Source: an uncultured delta proteobacterium
GTDB lineage: Bacteria > Desulfobacterota > BSN033 > UBA1163
Length of the DNA stretch: 64,000 nucleotides
Direction of reading: 5' to 3'
Assembly (NCBI GenBank): GCA_963708295.1
Contig: CAVPSJ010000014.1
Span: 96,001 to 160,000, forward strand
Part shown: positions 19,016-29,597 of the stretch, one piece after another
How the letters are laid out: the number at the start of each line of letters is the position of its first letter
Position numbering within the stretch: the stretch's first letter is position 1
The notes under the pieces: generated by a model
The model's input: the letters and a program-made list of their open reading frames with translations, nothing else
Told to the model about the DNA's origin: nothing
Database searches by the model: none
Position numbers and translations under genes: made by a program

Positions 19016-19867
19016 CTACAGGAGGGTCAGGATCATCTCCCTCAGGACGACGGCCGCGGTCACAGATGAGATTCCGGTGGGGTCATAATCCGGAGTCAGT
19101 TCCACCACGTCAAACCCGACGACGCGAAGGGACTGAAGCTCTTTGAGGATGGAGAGAAATGCTTGAAAGGTAAAGCCTCCAGGCTCCGGGGTTCCAACGC
19201 CCGGGAGAAGGCCAGGATCGATCACGTCGAGATCAAGGGTGACGTAGATAGGGATGTTTTTGAGGCGCTTGACCATTCCTTTCAGGGAGCGCGGGTCGTT
19301 TGGCACGATCGACTTCCACTTTCCTGCCAATTTGAATTCATCCTCAGTCCCGGACCGAATCCCAATCTGAAATAATCTTCCCTCGCCCAGATGATCGACG
19401 ACCTTTCTCATCACCGTACTGTGGGAAAGGGCTTCGCCGAGATAATCTTCTCTTAGATCCGTATGGGCGTCGATGTGAACGAGATGGAGATCGGGATACC
19501 TCACGGAAAGTTGCTCCACGATCGGAAGAGTGATCAGATGGTCCCCCCCGAGCAGAATGGGGAATTTCTCTCGGGAGAGGATCCGGTCAAGGGCTTTCCG
19601 GATCAGGCCCAAAGACAGCTTTTTCTCTCCCAAGGGGAGTTCGAGGTCTCCCATGTCGTGGATTGAAGACCGGGTCAAGTCTCTCTGGAAATAGGGACTG
19701 AACGTTTCGATTCCCCAGGATGCCCTCCGGATCGCAGAGGGCCCGAAACGGGCGCCCGGGCGGAAGGAGGCCGACCCATCATAAGGGCATCCGAGGATAA
19801 CTCCGCGGCTTTCTTCAAAAGAGGCGTTCGCGGAGATGTAACGGGTTTCTACAAAAGGGAGTTTCAT
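19016..19867 (-). CDS. speB: Agmatinase
   Basis: FRPGARFGP, GGDH, DAHTD, DLDVIDP, GTPEPGG ureohydrolase motifs; polyamine context. Confidence 0.92.
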   Translation of the reverse strand: MKLPFVETRYISANASFEESRGVILGCPYDGSASFRPGARFGPSAIRRASWGIETFSPYFQRDLTRSSIHDMGDLELPLGEKKLSLGLIRKALDRILSREKFPILLGGDHLITLPIVEQLSVRYPDLHLVHIDAHTDLREDYLGEALSHSTVMRKVVDHLGEGRLFQIGIRSGTEDEFKLAGKWKSIVPNDPRSLKGMVKRLKNIPIYVTLDLDVIDPGLLPGVGTPEPGGFTFQAFLSILKELQSLRVVGFDVVELTPDYDPTGISSVTAAVVLREMILTLL

Positions 19868-20039
19868 TGATCCATTCCTTGTTCGAACTCGGCAGCGGGA
19901 TAGTCCCGGGATGAATCTCTTGTGCAGTCTTGAGTGTTGGATTCCAATGATAAGGAGTCGCTTGAGAGCGGAATGCGTTTTTAATTCTTAAGGGAAGGCC
20001 AGTCTTTTCGTCGATTTGCTCGGCGAGCCGAAGGCCCAT
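19815..20039 (-). pseudogene. speE: Internally deleted spermidine synthase remnant
   Basis: MGLRLAEQIDEKTGLPLRIKNAFRSQATPYH resembles the SpeE N-terminus and LKTAQEIHPGTIPLPSSNKEWI the SpeE C-terminus; sits at the usual speE position before speB. Confidence 0.55.
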
Positions 20040-20040
20040 C

Positions 20041-20523
20041 TCACCCGGTTTCCTCCCTGTCCCACAACACGACAGCCGCCAGAGTGGCACCGACCTTCTG
20101 GACCTTGTGCTCGACCGCCATGGATTTAAGATCTTTGATCTCCCGTTTCCGCAGCTTCATCCCCTCCAGGGCCATTTGTCGAACCATTTCCTCAATCTCC
20201 GCTTTCGACCCCCGACCGGAATATTCCATGATCAATCCCGCATATTGCGGTTCTTTTGGAAGGGCAACGGCCACGGCAGACGAGATCATCTGGCCGGGAA
20301 CGTCGCTGGTGATGGATGCATAGGCCGTCGGGACCAGGGAACCCGGGGGAAGGGGAACAGGAGAGATCAGCTGGCACCGGGGCGGCACAATGCTGCTCAT
20401 CTTCACGATGTTGGTATCCCCGATCCCAGCGCGGAGGAGGGCTCCGTCAAAGGCATTGAGGGAGGTGAACCCCTCCGACGCTCCAGAAACCAGAAAATAA
20501 TGTGTTGGGGTTTTAATGATCAC
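20041..20523 (-). CDS. pdaD: Pyruvoyl-dependent arginine decarboxylase
   Basis: [33 protein letters not shown] (SS cleavage site); GLIMEY. Confidence 0.92.
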   Translation of the reverse strand: MIIKTPTHYFLVSGASEGFTSLNAFDGALLRAGIGDTNIVKMSSIVPPRCQLISPVPLPPGSLVPTAYASITSDVPGQMISSAVAVALPKEPQYAGLIMEYSGRGSKAEIEEMVRQMALEGMKLRKREIKDLKSMAVEHKVQKVGATLAAVVLWDREETG

Positions 20524-20588
20524 GGCTCGTCTCCATCATCTCTCTTGATAGTCTCAAATCACACGTGATTGGGTGCGCTATGCCATCT

Positions 20589-21125
20589 TTAGAAGGACGG
20601 GGGTGAGCCGATCCATAGTATCACCGCCTCCTTCGAGCTGCTGTTATGGAGCCAGTGCTCCTTCTCTGCTGAAAGGTAAAAGCATTCCCCCTTCCTCAGC
20701 CTCAGAGTTTCTCTCCCAAAACGAAGGTTGAACCTTCCCCGGAGGACAAAACCGAATTCCTCCCCTTCATGGGGCTTCTCTTTCGGCGTCGACTCCCCTT
20801 TCCGGAGGGTCAGGAGAATGGGCTCCAGCCGCCGATTCGTCGAACCCGGGACCAGAAGCTCGAACTTCTGGATCTTTTCTTTCTCGATGGCCACCCGATC
20901 TTTCTCCCGGTAGACAATCTTTTCCTCTGAGGTCTCCCGGAAGAAATCCGAGATGTTTTCGTCCAAGGCCTCCAGGATCTGGGTCAGGCTGTCCAGGGAG
21001 ATGGACGTCAAATCGCGCTCAATCTGGGAGATAAACCCCTTGGTCAGATTGGCCCGGTCGGCCAACTCCTCCTGGGTCAGGTTGCTCGATTGTCTCAAAT
21101 TCCGAATGCGTTCTCCGATCTTCAT
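20589..21125 (-). CDS. XRE-family HTH + cupin regulator (PuuR/PotR-like)
   Basis: IGERIRNLR..LTQEELA..LTKGFISQIERD; HEGEEFGFVL cupin; first gene of the polyamine operon. Confidence 0.9.
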   Translation of the reverse strand: MKIGERIRNLRQSSNLTQEELADRANLTKGFISQIERDLTSISLDSLTQILEALDENISDFFRETSEEKIVYREKDRVAIEKEKIQKFELLVPGSTNRRLEPILLTLRKGESTPKEKPHEGEEFGFVLRGRFNLRFGRETLRLRKGECFYLSAEKEHWLHNSSSKEAVILWIGSPPSF

Positions 21126-21145
21126 ACATCCTGTGAGAATAGTAA

Positions 21146-21247
21146 AAGAAGAAATTTGTTTAGTAATCTGTCAGACATTATAAGAAGAAATTAGTTTAGT
21201 AAAATAAACTTGAAGGAATTATAACGCCCTCTTCCGGTTTGTCAAGT
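21146..21247 (-). promoter_or_regulatory. sigma70 promoter + operator, copy A
   Basis: TTGACA (21240-21245) -16bp- TATAAT (21218-21223); palindrome GTTTA-N6-TAAAC at 21194-21209; partial second site ~21146-21165; closely matches 32952-33017. Confidence 0.8.
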
Positions 21248-21389
21248 ATTTTTTTTGACCGATCGGAGGGAGCCCGGAGATCTCTGATGGCACCGATCAG
21301 GATTGTGTCAGTCAAAGAGCCATGTTATCATTTTTTAGGATGCCATCAGGTCTTTTTGGAATCATGTCGTGCCTGCGGGATAGGAAACC

Positions 21390-24352
21390 ATGAAACGGCG
21401 GAGCAAGCTGTCTGTCTACCTTTATATTCCGTTTTCGCTGATTTTCCTGTTAACGGTTTGGGATGTGGGGGCTGGCGAACGAGAGCCTCTCCCCGGCCAA
21501 GAGACACTTCGCCGTTGGGTGACCGAGATGAAGATCTCGCCACGGGGTCCCTTCCAACGCATCCGTTGGTTTTGTAAAGATGGAACCCTTCATCCGCCCA
21601 CGGAATATGCCTGCCGCGACAGGGGCGGCGGGGTGCAGCATGGGGAGTGGACCGAGCGCGTGGTTCTGCTCCGATCCAATGCCTATTTCATCGCCAATGT
21701 GTTTGCCGATGTTCGCCCGGAGATATTGCTGGCACAGCCGGACGCGGAGAACGTCATCAAACAGATGATTCTTGAGCAATACTTGATCCGTGCGGACGAC
21801 GGGTGGATATTGCGGCACGCCCGTTACTACCGCGGTGCCCTCCAGGACGAGGACGAGAGCAGAGGCGGCCAGGGACTTCTGCTCGCGATGGTGTCCAACC
21901 CCGCTTGGCAGGAGGCGCGTTTTCCCGTCCTTCGGGAAGCGGTCAGGTTTATCCCGCACGGTCGCTCCGGAGCTCCTGTCAGCGAAATGCGCCAGCTTTC
22001 CCGGGCGCTTGGGGAAGCCGATCCCGAATTCCAACCGCTGCGCACTAAAATCCATGTCAAACCCGAACTCGGCGATGCCGAGCGAGTGCGGCGCTATGGG
22101 ACGACGGCAGGGCAAAAAGGATCTGGCCGGCGATTATGAGAAGCTGGCCGTGTTAATCCAGAAGGTTTTTCAACCATCGGATGCCCGCACAGAAATCCTG
22201 GCCTTGAACAGAATCGTTTCATCCAAAGTCCTTTCCCAGGAAATTCGGGAAACAGGCGGTCGACTGGGCACCGATCGCGATCCTGCGACACGCTTCGAGG
22301 CGAGCTGCCGGATGCTGGCTTCTATACGCGGACAGCTGGGATCGGTCGGGGACAGGCGCGTGAGGCTGGCATTGCTCGACGCGAGCCTGACCCTGGAACA
22401 GGACCTGTTCCTAACCGGAACGATCCTGATGGATCGGCTCCCACGGGCCTCCCGCAAGGAAAGACTTGAATGGTTGAAAGCCTGCGCGAACGGCCTCTAC
22501 GGCATGGGCCTTATTTCCGGGCGTCAGCGCGAAAGTTTGCTCGACACCTTTCAGGGCATCTCCGGTCCATCCGTCCGATGGGACGATTACAGGGCGGGGT
22601 TGAACTATGCCGCCCGAGTTCCAGGCTGGGCGGACCAGAACCTGCGTTTCCACTTCACATCGGCCGTTGACACCTTGTTGGTGCTGGAGCCGCTCACCAG
22701 CACCTACCTTAGCGACCGGGTGCGCGGCAGCCTGTTGATCGTCTATTCCTCGGTCCTGGAAGGCCTGCTGGCCGATGCGAACCGCCAGTTTGGGATCGCC
22801 AACCGTATGATGGATCGGAGCAGTGGATGCAGGGCTCACCGCTTTGAATCCCGGGATTGCCCGTGGAGTGCTCAAAGTGGCCAAGGCCGGTGACGATCCG
22901 AAAACATTCTCTCGCGACGGGATCTATGTTCTGCCTGCAACGATGGAAGATCTCCCTTCCGTGAGGGGCATCCTCACGGCAGGAAAGGGGAACATGCTTT
23001 CCCACGTCCAACTTCTGGCGCGCCATCTGGGTATTCCCAACGTCGCCGTCGATCAGAGCCTCCTGCCGCAGGTTTCCGCCTTGGAGGGGCGCTCCGTGGT
23101 GCTGGCTGTAAGCCCTGGAGGAATCGTACAGATCGCTCCGGACGGTCCCGAATGGGACGCGGTTTTCGCCCTGGAATCCCCCCTGCAATCCCAAGGTGCG
23201 TCAGCCGTCATCCGGCCAACCCTGGAAAAGCTGGATCTAAGCAATCGGAACCTCGTTCCGCTGCGTGATCTGCGCGTCTCGGATTCGGGGCGCATCTGCG
23301 GCCCGAAGGCCGCGAACCTCGGGGAGCTTAAGCGACATTTCCCGGAAGCCGTCGCCGAGGGGCTTGTGATCCCCTTCGGAATTTTCCGTTCGTTGCTGGA
23401 CCTACCCGTCGAGCCGGGCGGCTTACCCATGTTCCAGTGGATGCAGCGACAGGATGCATTGATCAAACGCCTGGCTCCGGAGCCCGCAAAACAACAACAG
23501 GAGGTCGAGCGCTACCTGGATCGCATGCGGCGCTGGATCACGTCCGCCGACCCGGGGATTGAGTTTCGCGCCAAGCTCCGCGCGGCCATGGAGAAAACCT
23601 TCGGGCCTGACGGGAGCTACGGGGTTTTCGTGCGCAGCGATACAAACGTGGAGGACCTGCCGGGTTTCACCGGTGCAGGCCTCAATCTCACCGTTCCGAA
23701 TGTGGTCGGGTTTGATGGCGTGATGGAGGCAATCCTCCAGGTATGGGCGTCCCCATTTGAAGACCGGGCCTACCACTGGCGGCAGGCCTCCATGGATCGA
23801 CCGGAGCACGTTTATGTGTCCATTTTGCTCCTCAAGAGTGTTCCGGTCGAAAAGTCCGGAGTGATGGTCACCGCGGACGTGGAGAATGGGACCCCCGGAT
23901 GGCTTTCCGTTGCTGTCAGCGAGGGGTTCGGAGGGGCTGTTTCCGGACAAAGGGCCGAGGAGCTTCGGATCAACCCAAGAAATGGCCAGGTTCATTTGCT
24001 TGCCCATGCGACGGAACCCTTCAAACGGATCTTATCGCCCAAGGGAGGAGTGGTTTCGCTGCCGGCATCCGGCACCGAGGCGGTGTTGAGCAGGTCCGAT
24101 ATCACTCAGCTGATGGCGCTGGCTGGGGAGATCCCCCAGCGCTTCCCCTGGCTGAAGGATAAGGATGGCCGTCCGGTTCCAGCGGATGTGGAGTTCGGGT
24201 TCGCTCGCGGCCAGCTCTATTTATTTCAGATCCGGCCCTACCTGGAAAGCAGCAAGGCCAAACGGAATCGATACCTCTGGCATATGGATGAGGTTTTTCT
24301 ACGGAGTGATCAGAAGGATGTGGACCTTGGCCAAGTTCCAAGGGAGAGGTAG
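21390..24352 (+). CDS. Exported PEP/pyruvate-binding dikinase-family protein, ~985 aa (frameshifts ~22100 and ~22820)
   Basis: Signal-peptide-like N-terminus; phospho-His swivel motif GILTAGKGNMLSHVQLLARHLGIPN; ATP-grasp motifs GPKAANLGEL, VRSDTNVEDLPGFTGAG, DVEFGF, FQIRP; three overlapping ORFs join. Confidence 0.8.
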
Positions 24353-24355
24353 AGG

Positions 24356-25661
24356 ATGAGAGTCCTTGCAATGGGAATCCTCCTGTTTAGTCTTTCCTGC
24401 AGCGCTGCAGGCGCATGGGCCTATCCGTTGGACGGATACGCGGTGACCGGTATCCGGAGGCTCGAGGGATACAGGCTTGCTCAGGGAGGAACGGTTCGTG
24501 GGCCGCAACAACCCAGAGGGGCTATGCTCACCCTGGGTGACGTCGATCTGCGTCTTTCCCAACGGCAGGATCTCATCCTTCCGGCTTCCGACCCGGCCTT
24601 TGTCGCCCAATTGAAATCATACCTGGGAGAAGAAGCCGACCGCTACGGGGTCGCCGTGCTGGACCTTTCGGACATGGAACGCCCGCGATACGGCGAGCTC
24701 CACGGTGATTACCGTGCTAATCCAGGCAGCGTGGGAAAGCTGATGGTGGCCCTTGCTCTGTTTCAGGTTCTTGCCGACATTTACCCGAAGGACATTGAGG
24801 CGAGGATCTCTATTTTGCGCAACACCATGGTGGAGGCCAGTGATTTTATTTATACCGATGATCATCCGGTGCCATTCTGGGAACCCTCGAGCCCCGGGAT
24901 AAATTACCGGCCGCTCCGGGTCGGTGACCGGGCAAACGTATGGACCTATCTGGACTGGATGATGTCAGCCAGCTCCAATGCCGCGGCCAGCATGGTCATC
25001 CGAGAACTCATGCTGATGGCGAACTTCGGAAAAGAGTATCCCGTGGGAGCGAAAGAAGGGAATGATTTTTTCAGGGCAACTCCCAGGCACAAGCTGGCCG
25101 AGCTGCTCACGCGTTCTCTGGTGGAGCCGGTGGCGCGGAACGGACTGGACCCGGAGGGACTCCGGCAGGGATCCTTCTTCACTTCGAAGGCCAATCAGAT
25201 CGTCCCGGGGGTCACGAGCCGTGCGACGCCCCGCGACCTGCTGCGACTGCTTCTCAAACTGGAGCAGGGGAGAATCGTGGACGCGTTCTCCAGCCGGGAG
25301 ATGAAGCGCTTGATGTATATGACCCAGCGCCGCATCCGTTTCGCGTCATCCCCTGCGCTCAATGATGCCGCCGTCTATTTCAAATCAGGGTCTCTTTACC
25401 GCTGTCGACCCGAGCCCGGGTTTACGTGTCGCAAGTACGAAGGCAATGTGGAGAACATGATGAACTCCGTGGCGATCGTCGAATCGCCGGCAGGCAAGAT
25501 TCACGCTGCACTATCTGGTGGCTTTGATGTCCAATGTGCCCAGGAAGAACTCCGCGGTGGCGCATCAGACCTTTGCGACGCGTCTTCACCGTCTGATTTC
25601 ATCATTTCATCGGGAAAGCGATGGGAACGCCGTAGGGGATCGGGTAAGGAAGCCGAACTGA
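24356..25661 (+). CDS. Exported serine hydrolase (class A beta-lactamase/PBP-like fold), frameshift ~25500
   Basis: Signal peptide ...AAGAWA; SxxK (SVGK), SxN (SSN), KSG; shifted C-terminus LHYLVALMSNVPRKNSAVAHQT. Confidence 0.8.
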
Positions 25662-26555
25662 CGGGATGTTGGGCTCGGCGGGTTTTCCCGAGCGGCGCAC
25701 GAGGACGTCTAACTGCACGATCAGGTCGCTCAGCCACGTTCCGCCGTCCGGGCTCCTGGCTAAGGCCGCGGCAATGTAACGGTAGCCTTCATGTTCAATG
25801 ATGCCGCTGTCGGAGTGAAACTCTTTCCATGTGCCTGATTTTCTGAAGATACGCGCATCCGGGTGAGTTGCTTGGAGGCCCTTGACGAACTTATGATTGA
25901 TGGCCGGGTTGCCGAGAATCGCCTTCATCAAGCGGCTGAATCCCGGGGAGACCAGTCCTCCCGTCTCAAGCAAGTAGTAGAAACGGGCAACTTGCAAAGC
26001 GGTGGCGCCATGAGAAAGGTTGCGGAGGGGATCCCGTTTCCAGGCAGGCGACGCGCTATAGTCTTTACCAACCCACAGTCCGCCATTCTTGGCCGGATCG
26101 TAGAGACGGTAGCGGGGTGATTGGAGCAGGTTCGCGAGAAAGTCTTTCCCGACCCGCTGGAGAAGATGGGTCGCTGCCTCGTTCGAAGAGTAACGGATCA
26201 TTTGCTGGAGTTCATTCCACGTCTTGTCGTTGAGCTCCATCTCTCCCCGGAAGATCCGTTCAAAGGCTCCGAGGAGGATGGCGATCTTGGGAAGACTCGC
26301 AGCGTACATCATTTCGTTCGGATTGGCATAGGCCATCCGCGGAGAGGAAAGGTCCGTGATATCCATCAGGGCGACGGAAAGGCTCTTTTCGGCTACGGCC
26401 TTCTGCAAGCGGAGTGAGGTGAGACAGTCTTCAAGACCCTTCTGGAGCCCGGGATCGCAGACCTCCTCAGCGGAAGATCCCTGGACGGAGTAGGCCGAGA
26501 GGAAAACCAGGGAAAGGGCCAGGCCGCACATGAAAATCTTAATCACCCGTAGCAT
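25602..26555 (-). CDS. Exported serine hydrolase (class A beta-lactamase/PBP-like fold)
   Basis: Signal peptide; YAASLPK (SxxK), YSSN, RKSGT, HSDSGII. Confidence 0.85.
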   Translation of the reverse strand: MLRVIKIFMCGLALSLVFLSAYSVQGSSAEEVCDPGLQKGLEDCLTSLRLQKAVAEKSLSVALMDITDLSSPRMAYANPNEMMYAASLPKIAILLGAFERIFRGEMELNDKTWNELQQMIRYSSNEAATHLLQRVGKDFLANLLQSPRYRLYDPAKNGGLWVGKDYSASPAWKRDPLRNLSHGATALQVARFYYLLETGGLVSPGFSRLMKAILGNPAINHKFVKGLQATHPDARIFRKSGTWKEFHSDSGIIEHEGYRYIAAALARSPDGGTWLSDLIVQLDVLVRRSGKPAEPNIPSVRLPYPIPYGVPIAFPMK

Positions 26556-26615
26556 AATGGGTATATATAAGGGGTAATGTGAGCGACTTTCAAGTGGAAA
26601 AGACAATTCGAGAGT

Positions 26616-27878
26616 TTGGTGAGCAGCTGTCAGGAGAAATACCCGGCTCTCCGTTCGCCCGGGATCCGGTCGGGTTTTTTGTTTTTCAATTTTTTTCTCA
26701 TGATCATGGCCTATTACCAGGTGAAGCCTGCCAGTCGCTCGCTCTTCATCGAATCCTTAAGCTCCAGCCGAATGCCTTACGTGTGGATTGCGAGCGCTCT
26801 CGCCATGGGTTTCTTTATTACCTGGTATCACCGTCTGGTGGAGCGTCACAGCCGGATGCATGTCGTCCTGGGTACCTGTCTGTCGGTTTCCGTTATCCTT
26901 CTGGCGTTTCGCCTTGCTTCCAATCAGCCCGGCCCAGTGCAATCTGTCCTGTTCTACGTCTTTGTGGATATCATGGGGGTGGTTCTTGTCGAGCAATTCT
27001 GGAGCCTGACCAACTCCATCTATACGACCTCAGAGGGGAAAACCTGGTTTGGCATCGTAGGGTCGGGGGGGCTCGTGGGCGGAGTTGCGGGTGGCTGGGC
27101 AGCAGCCTTGCTGATTGAGCACACCCCCATGAAGACCCCTGATCTTCTCGTGATTGCAGCCGGGATCATCCTGCTCATTTCTGTTTTGACATGGGCCATG
27201 GGCCGGATCGGTCTCTATTGCGAGGTTGAGCGGGCAAATCACAGGCTTCCGCCGACTCATGGCTGGCAGATCTTGAGCCAGAGCCGCTACCTTCTCCTGA
27301 TTGCTGCCCTTTTACTACTGGCCCAAATTGCCTCGCCCCTTGTGGAATACCAGTTCTTGAATACTGTGGAGAAAGTTTATACCGAGGTGGATGCTCGCAC
27401 GGCCTTCTTGTCGATGTTCTTCGGCACCATGGGATTGATTTCGATCGGGATCAACGTGGTGATCACGCCACTCGTGACCCGTTTCTTGGGGACCATCGCG
27501 GGTTTGCTCGTGCAGCCCGTCATGATGGGTCTTTGCTCATGGGGTTTTCTGCTCCACCCCACGCTTTTTTTCAGCGGCGCCACCAAGATCAGCGATCGCG
27601 CCCTCTCTTACTCCATCAACCGCGCCTCCAAGGAATTGCTTTATGTTCCTGTGGATCCGGTTCTCATTTACCAGGCCAAGGCCTGGATCGACATGTTCGG
27701 TTACCGCACGTTCAAAATCGTCGGGTCGGTTCTCATTCTCTTAATGACCCAATGGCTGCCCGTGACCATGAGCGTCAATGAGCTCAGCTGGTTTACCATC
27801 GTCATCTGCGGCCTTTGGGTGATGTTCGTGATGTTTCTGCGCCAGGAATATAAGGTGATTTATCAGAAAACCCAATGA
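26616..27878 (+). CDS. NTT/Npt (TLC, ATP/ADP translocase) family nucleotide transporter without HEAT extension
   Basis: AYYQVKPASRSLF, EQFWSLTNSIY..EGK..FG, VEYQF, YSINRASKELLYVPV..YQAKAWID motifs; ~12 TM. Confidence 0.82.
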   Translation: MVSSCQEKYPALRSPGIRSGFLFFNFFLMIMAYYQVKPASRSLFIESLSSSRMPYVWIASALAMGFFITWYHRLVERHSRMHVVLGTCLSVSVILLAFRLASNQPGPVQSVLFYVFVDIMGVVLVEQFWSLTNSIYTTSEGKTWFGIVGSGGLVGGVAGGWAAALLIEHTPMKTPDLLVIAAGIILLISVLTWAMGRIGLYCEVERANHRLPPTHGWQILSQSRYLLLIAALLLLAQIASPLVEYQFLNTVEKVYTEVDARTAFLSMFFGTMGLISIGINVVITPLVTRFLGTIAGLLVQPVMMGLCSWGFLLHPTLFFSGATKISDRALSYSINRASKELLYVPVDPVLIYQAKAWIDMFGYRTFKIVGSVLILLMTQWLPVTMSVNELSWFTIVICGLWVMFVMFLRQEYKVIYQKTQ

Positions 27879-27916
27879 GGCGAGTGCCGACGTCCAGCTC
27901 TTCATCAAAGGTAAGA

Positions 27917-28275
27917 TCAGGCAGCTTTTTCCATTTTGATAGATTGGGATAAGAGATAGGTTATGAGGCGTTTAGACTCACACCTTCCTCCTCCGCTTTT
28001 CTGACCAATTCTCTGTGGAGGCCTTTTGGAACCCTGACATTAAACTGGCCGCTGAACCGGGTCTTAGGCTTGGGAAGAAGTATTCTATGTTTCTTCATTG
28101 TGTCCATTGTCAATCCCAAAGCTTCTTGACTATTTTTTACCGCTTCTTCAAGGCTATATCCTCCGGTGATAATGCCAGGAAAATCAGGAAACCTCACAGC
28201 CAAGTATCCAGACTCCCTATCTGGAATAATTTTTATCTCATAACCTAACCGTTCCTCTTTTTTATTCTTTCTCAT
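27917..28275 (-). CDS. hicB: HicB family antitoxin (frameshift near the C-terminus)
   Basis: VRFPDFPGIITGG.SLEEAV; FSGQFNVRVPKGLHREL..AEEEGVSLN; shifted tail ITYLLSQSIKMEKAA*. Confidence 0.88.
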
Positions 28276-28278
28276 AGG

Positions 28279-28512
28279 TCAATCCTCCTCCAGGATTCTG
28301 ATCACATCTTTAACATCCAACCAATGGCAATGCTTACGCGCTCCATGAGGTTTGACGACTGTTAAAATCCTATTTCCCTTCTTATAGACAGGGTGGCTTC
28401 CCCTGATATTTACCCGTTTAAACCCTGCCCCGAAAATGACTCTCTCCAGCTCTTTAAATCTCACCCCTTTTGGGTTTTGCTTCATCCTGGAAAGGTCTTT
28501 TTCTATTCCCAT
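28279..28512 (-). CDS. hicA: HicA family toxin
   Basis: NPKGVRFKEL...GF...RGSH; immediately upstream of hicB. Confidence 0.85.
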   Translation of the reverse strand: MGIEKDLSRMKQNPKGVRFKELERVIFGAGFKRVNIRGSHPVYKKGNRILTVVKPHGARKHCHWLDVKDVIRILEED

Positions 28513-28668
28513 CTCGAAAACAGAATAACTGAATATAGTTACAAATTCAAGAAAAAATATCCCCCAGCGTCCAATGAATGTCAGTTACCGGCGAAATCAG
28601 TAAGAGTTAGGAACAGAAGGTGAAATCCGATATCTAGCGAGCCTCAAGCTGTTTCCGAAAGACTTATC

Positions 28669-29518
28669 TTACTCGTCTTTCCAGTTCCAATTCCTGCCGC
28701 CTTTGAAGACGCCTGCGTTCATTTCGTTGCTGATAAAGAGGTTGGCGTCCGGGAAGCGTTGGACCATGGCGTAATAGAAGCAGCCCTCGTCTTTGGTTTT
28801 GGCCATCTCCTCTTCCGTGGCGATCAGGTAATCTTTCGTAAAGCTGTACGAAGAGGAATCGAAAGGCATGCCCGGTTTCTGATGGCCGGGAATGATAACC
28901 TCCGCACCGATCTTTTCTAACCGCTCAATATCCCGTATCCATTGCTGACGTTCTTCCGCCGTAAGCTCGCAGGTAAAGGGGTGCGCCTGGTTAAACAGGA
29001 CGTCGCTGCCGTAGAGGGTTTTTATGGAAGGTATCCAGACCACCGAATTGTATTTCATGTCGCCCACGACTTCCGGAATAATCTCAATCCGCTGTCCTTC
29101 CAGCTCGATGGAGTTCTGGCTTAGAGACTCAATATTGACGGTTTTTCGGCATACATTGGTCGGCTCCGATAACTTTTTCCCAATGATCGAGTTTTCCAAA
29201 AAACTGACGATTGATGGTGCGGGCTACCGAAGCGAGCGCGGTGACCCGGGCGGACGGGAAAGCCTCCGCAATGACCCCCAGCCCGAAGTAATGGTCAGGA
29301 TGAGCATGAGTCACATAAATCGTTTCGAGATGTTTGCCGGTTTCCGCTATTTCCGCGATGACTCGATGGGCATTCGATAGTGTCCACTGGGCATCAATCA
29401 GAACGGCATTGGTTTTCCCCATCACGATGACGGAAGCAACTTCAAAACCTTTTTCATCGCTAAAGAAAACCTTGGTAGACAGCGAATTCGATCCGTGGTT
29501 GTTGATTCTAACTTCCAT
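28669..29518 (-). CDS. MBL-fold metallo-hydrolase (frameshift ~29180)
   Basis: VLIDAQ, THAHPDHYFG, GSDVLF, IIPGH. Confidence 0.85.
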
Positions 29519-29597
29519 AGACTCACCTCCACTCATAGGTTGCTGGAAAAATGACTATTTCTCAGGCTGCTCAAAAATGCCCGGATTGATGCAGGGG

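Noticed and set aside
24356-26555. Calling the serine hydrolases true beta-lactamase resistance genes
   Set aside because: SDN and the omega-loop ExxLN motif are not evident; only the fold can be assigned.
28669-29518. MBL-fold protein as a metallo-beta-lactamase belonging to the dikinase module
   Set aside because: No signal peptide, generic HxHxDH hydrolase, and separated from the module by hicAB.
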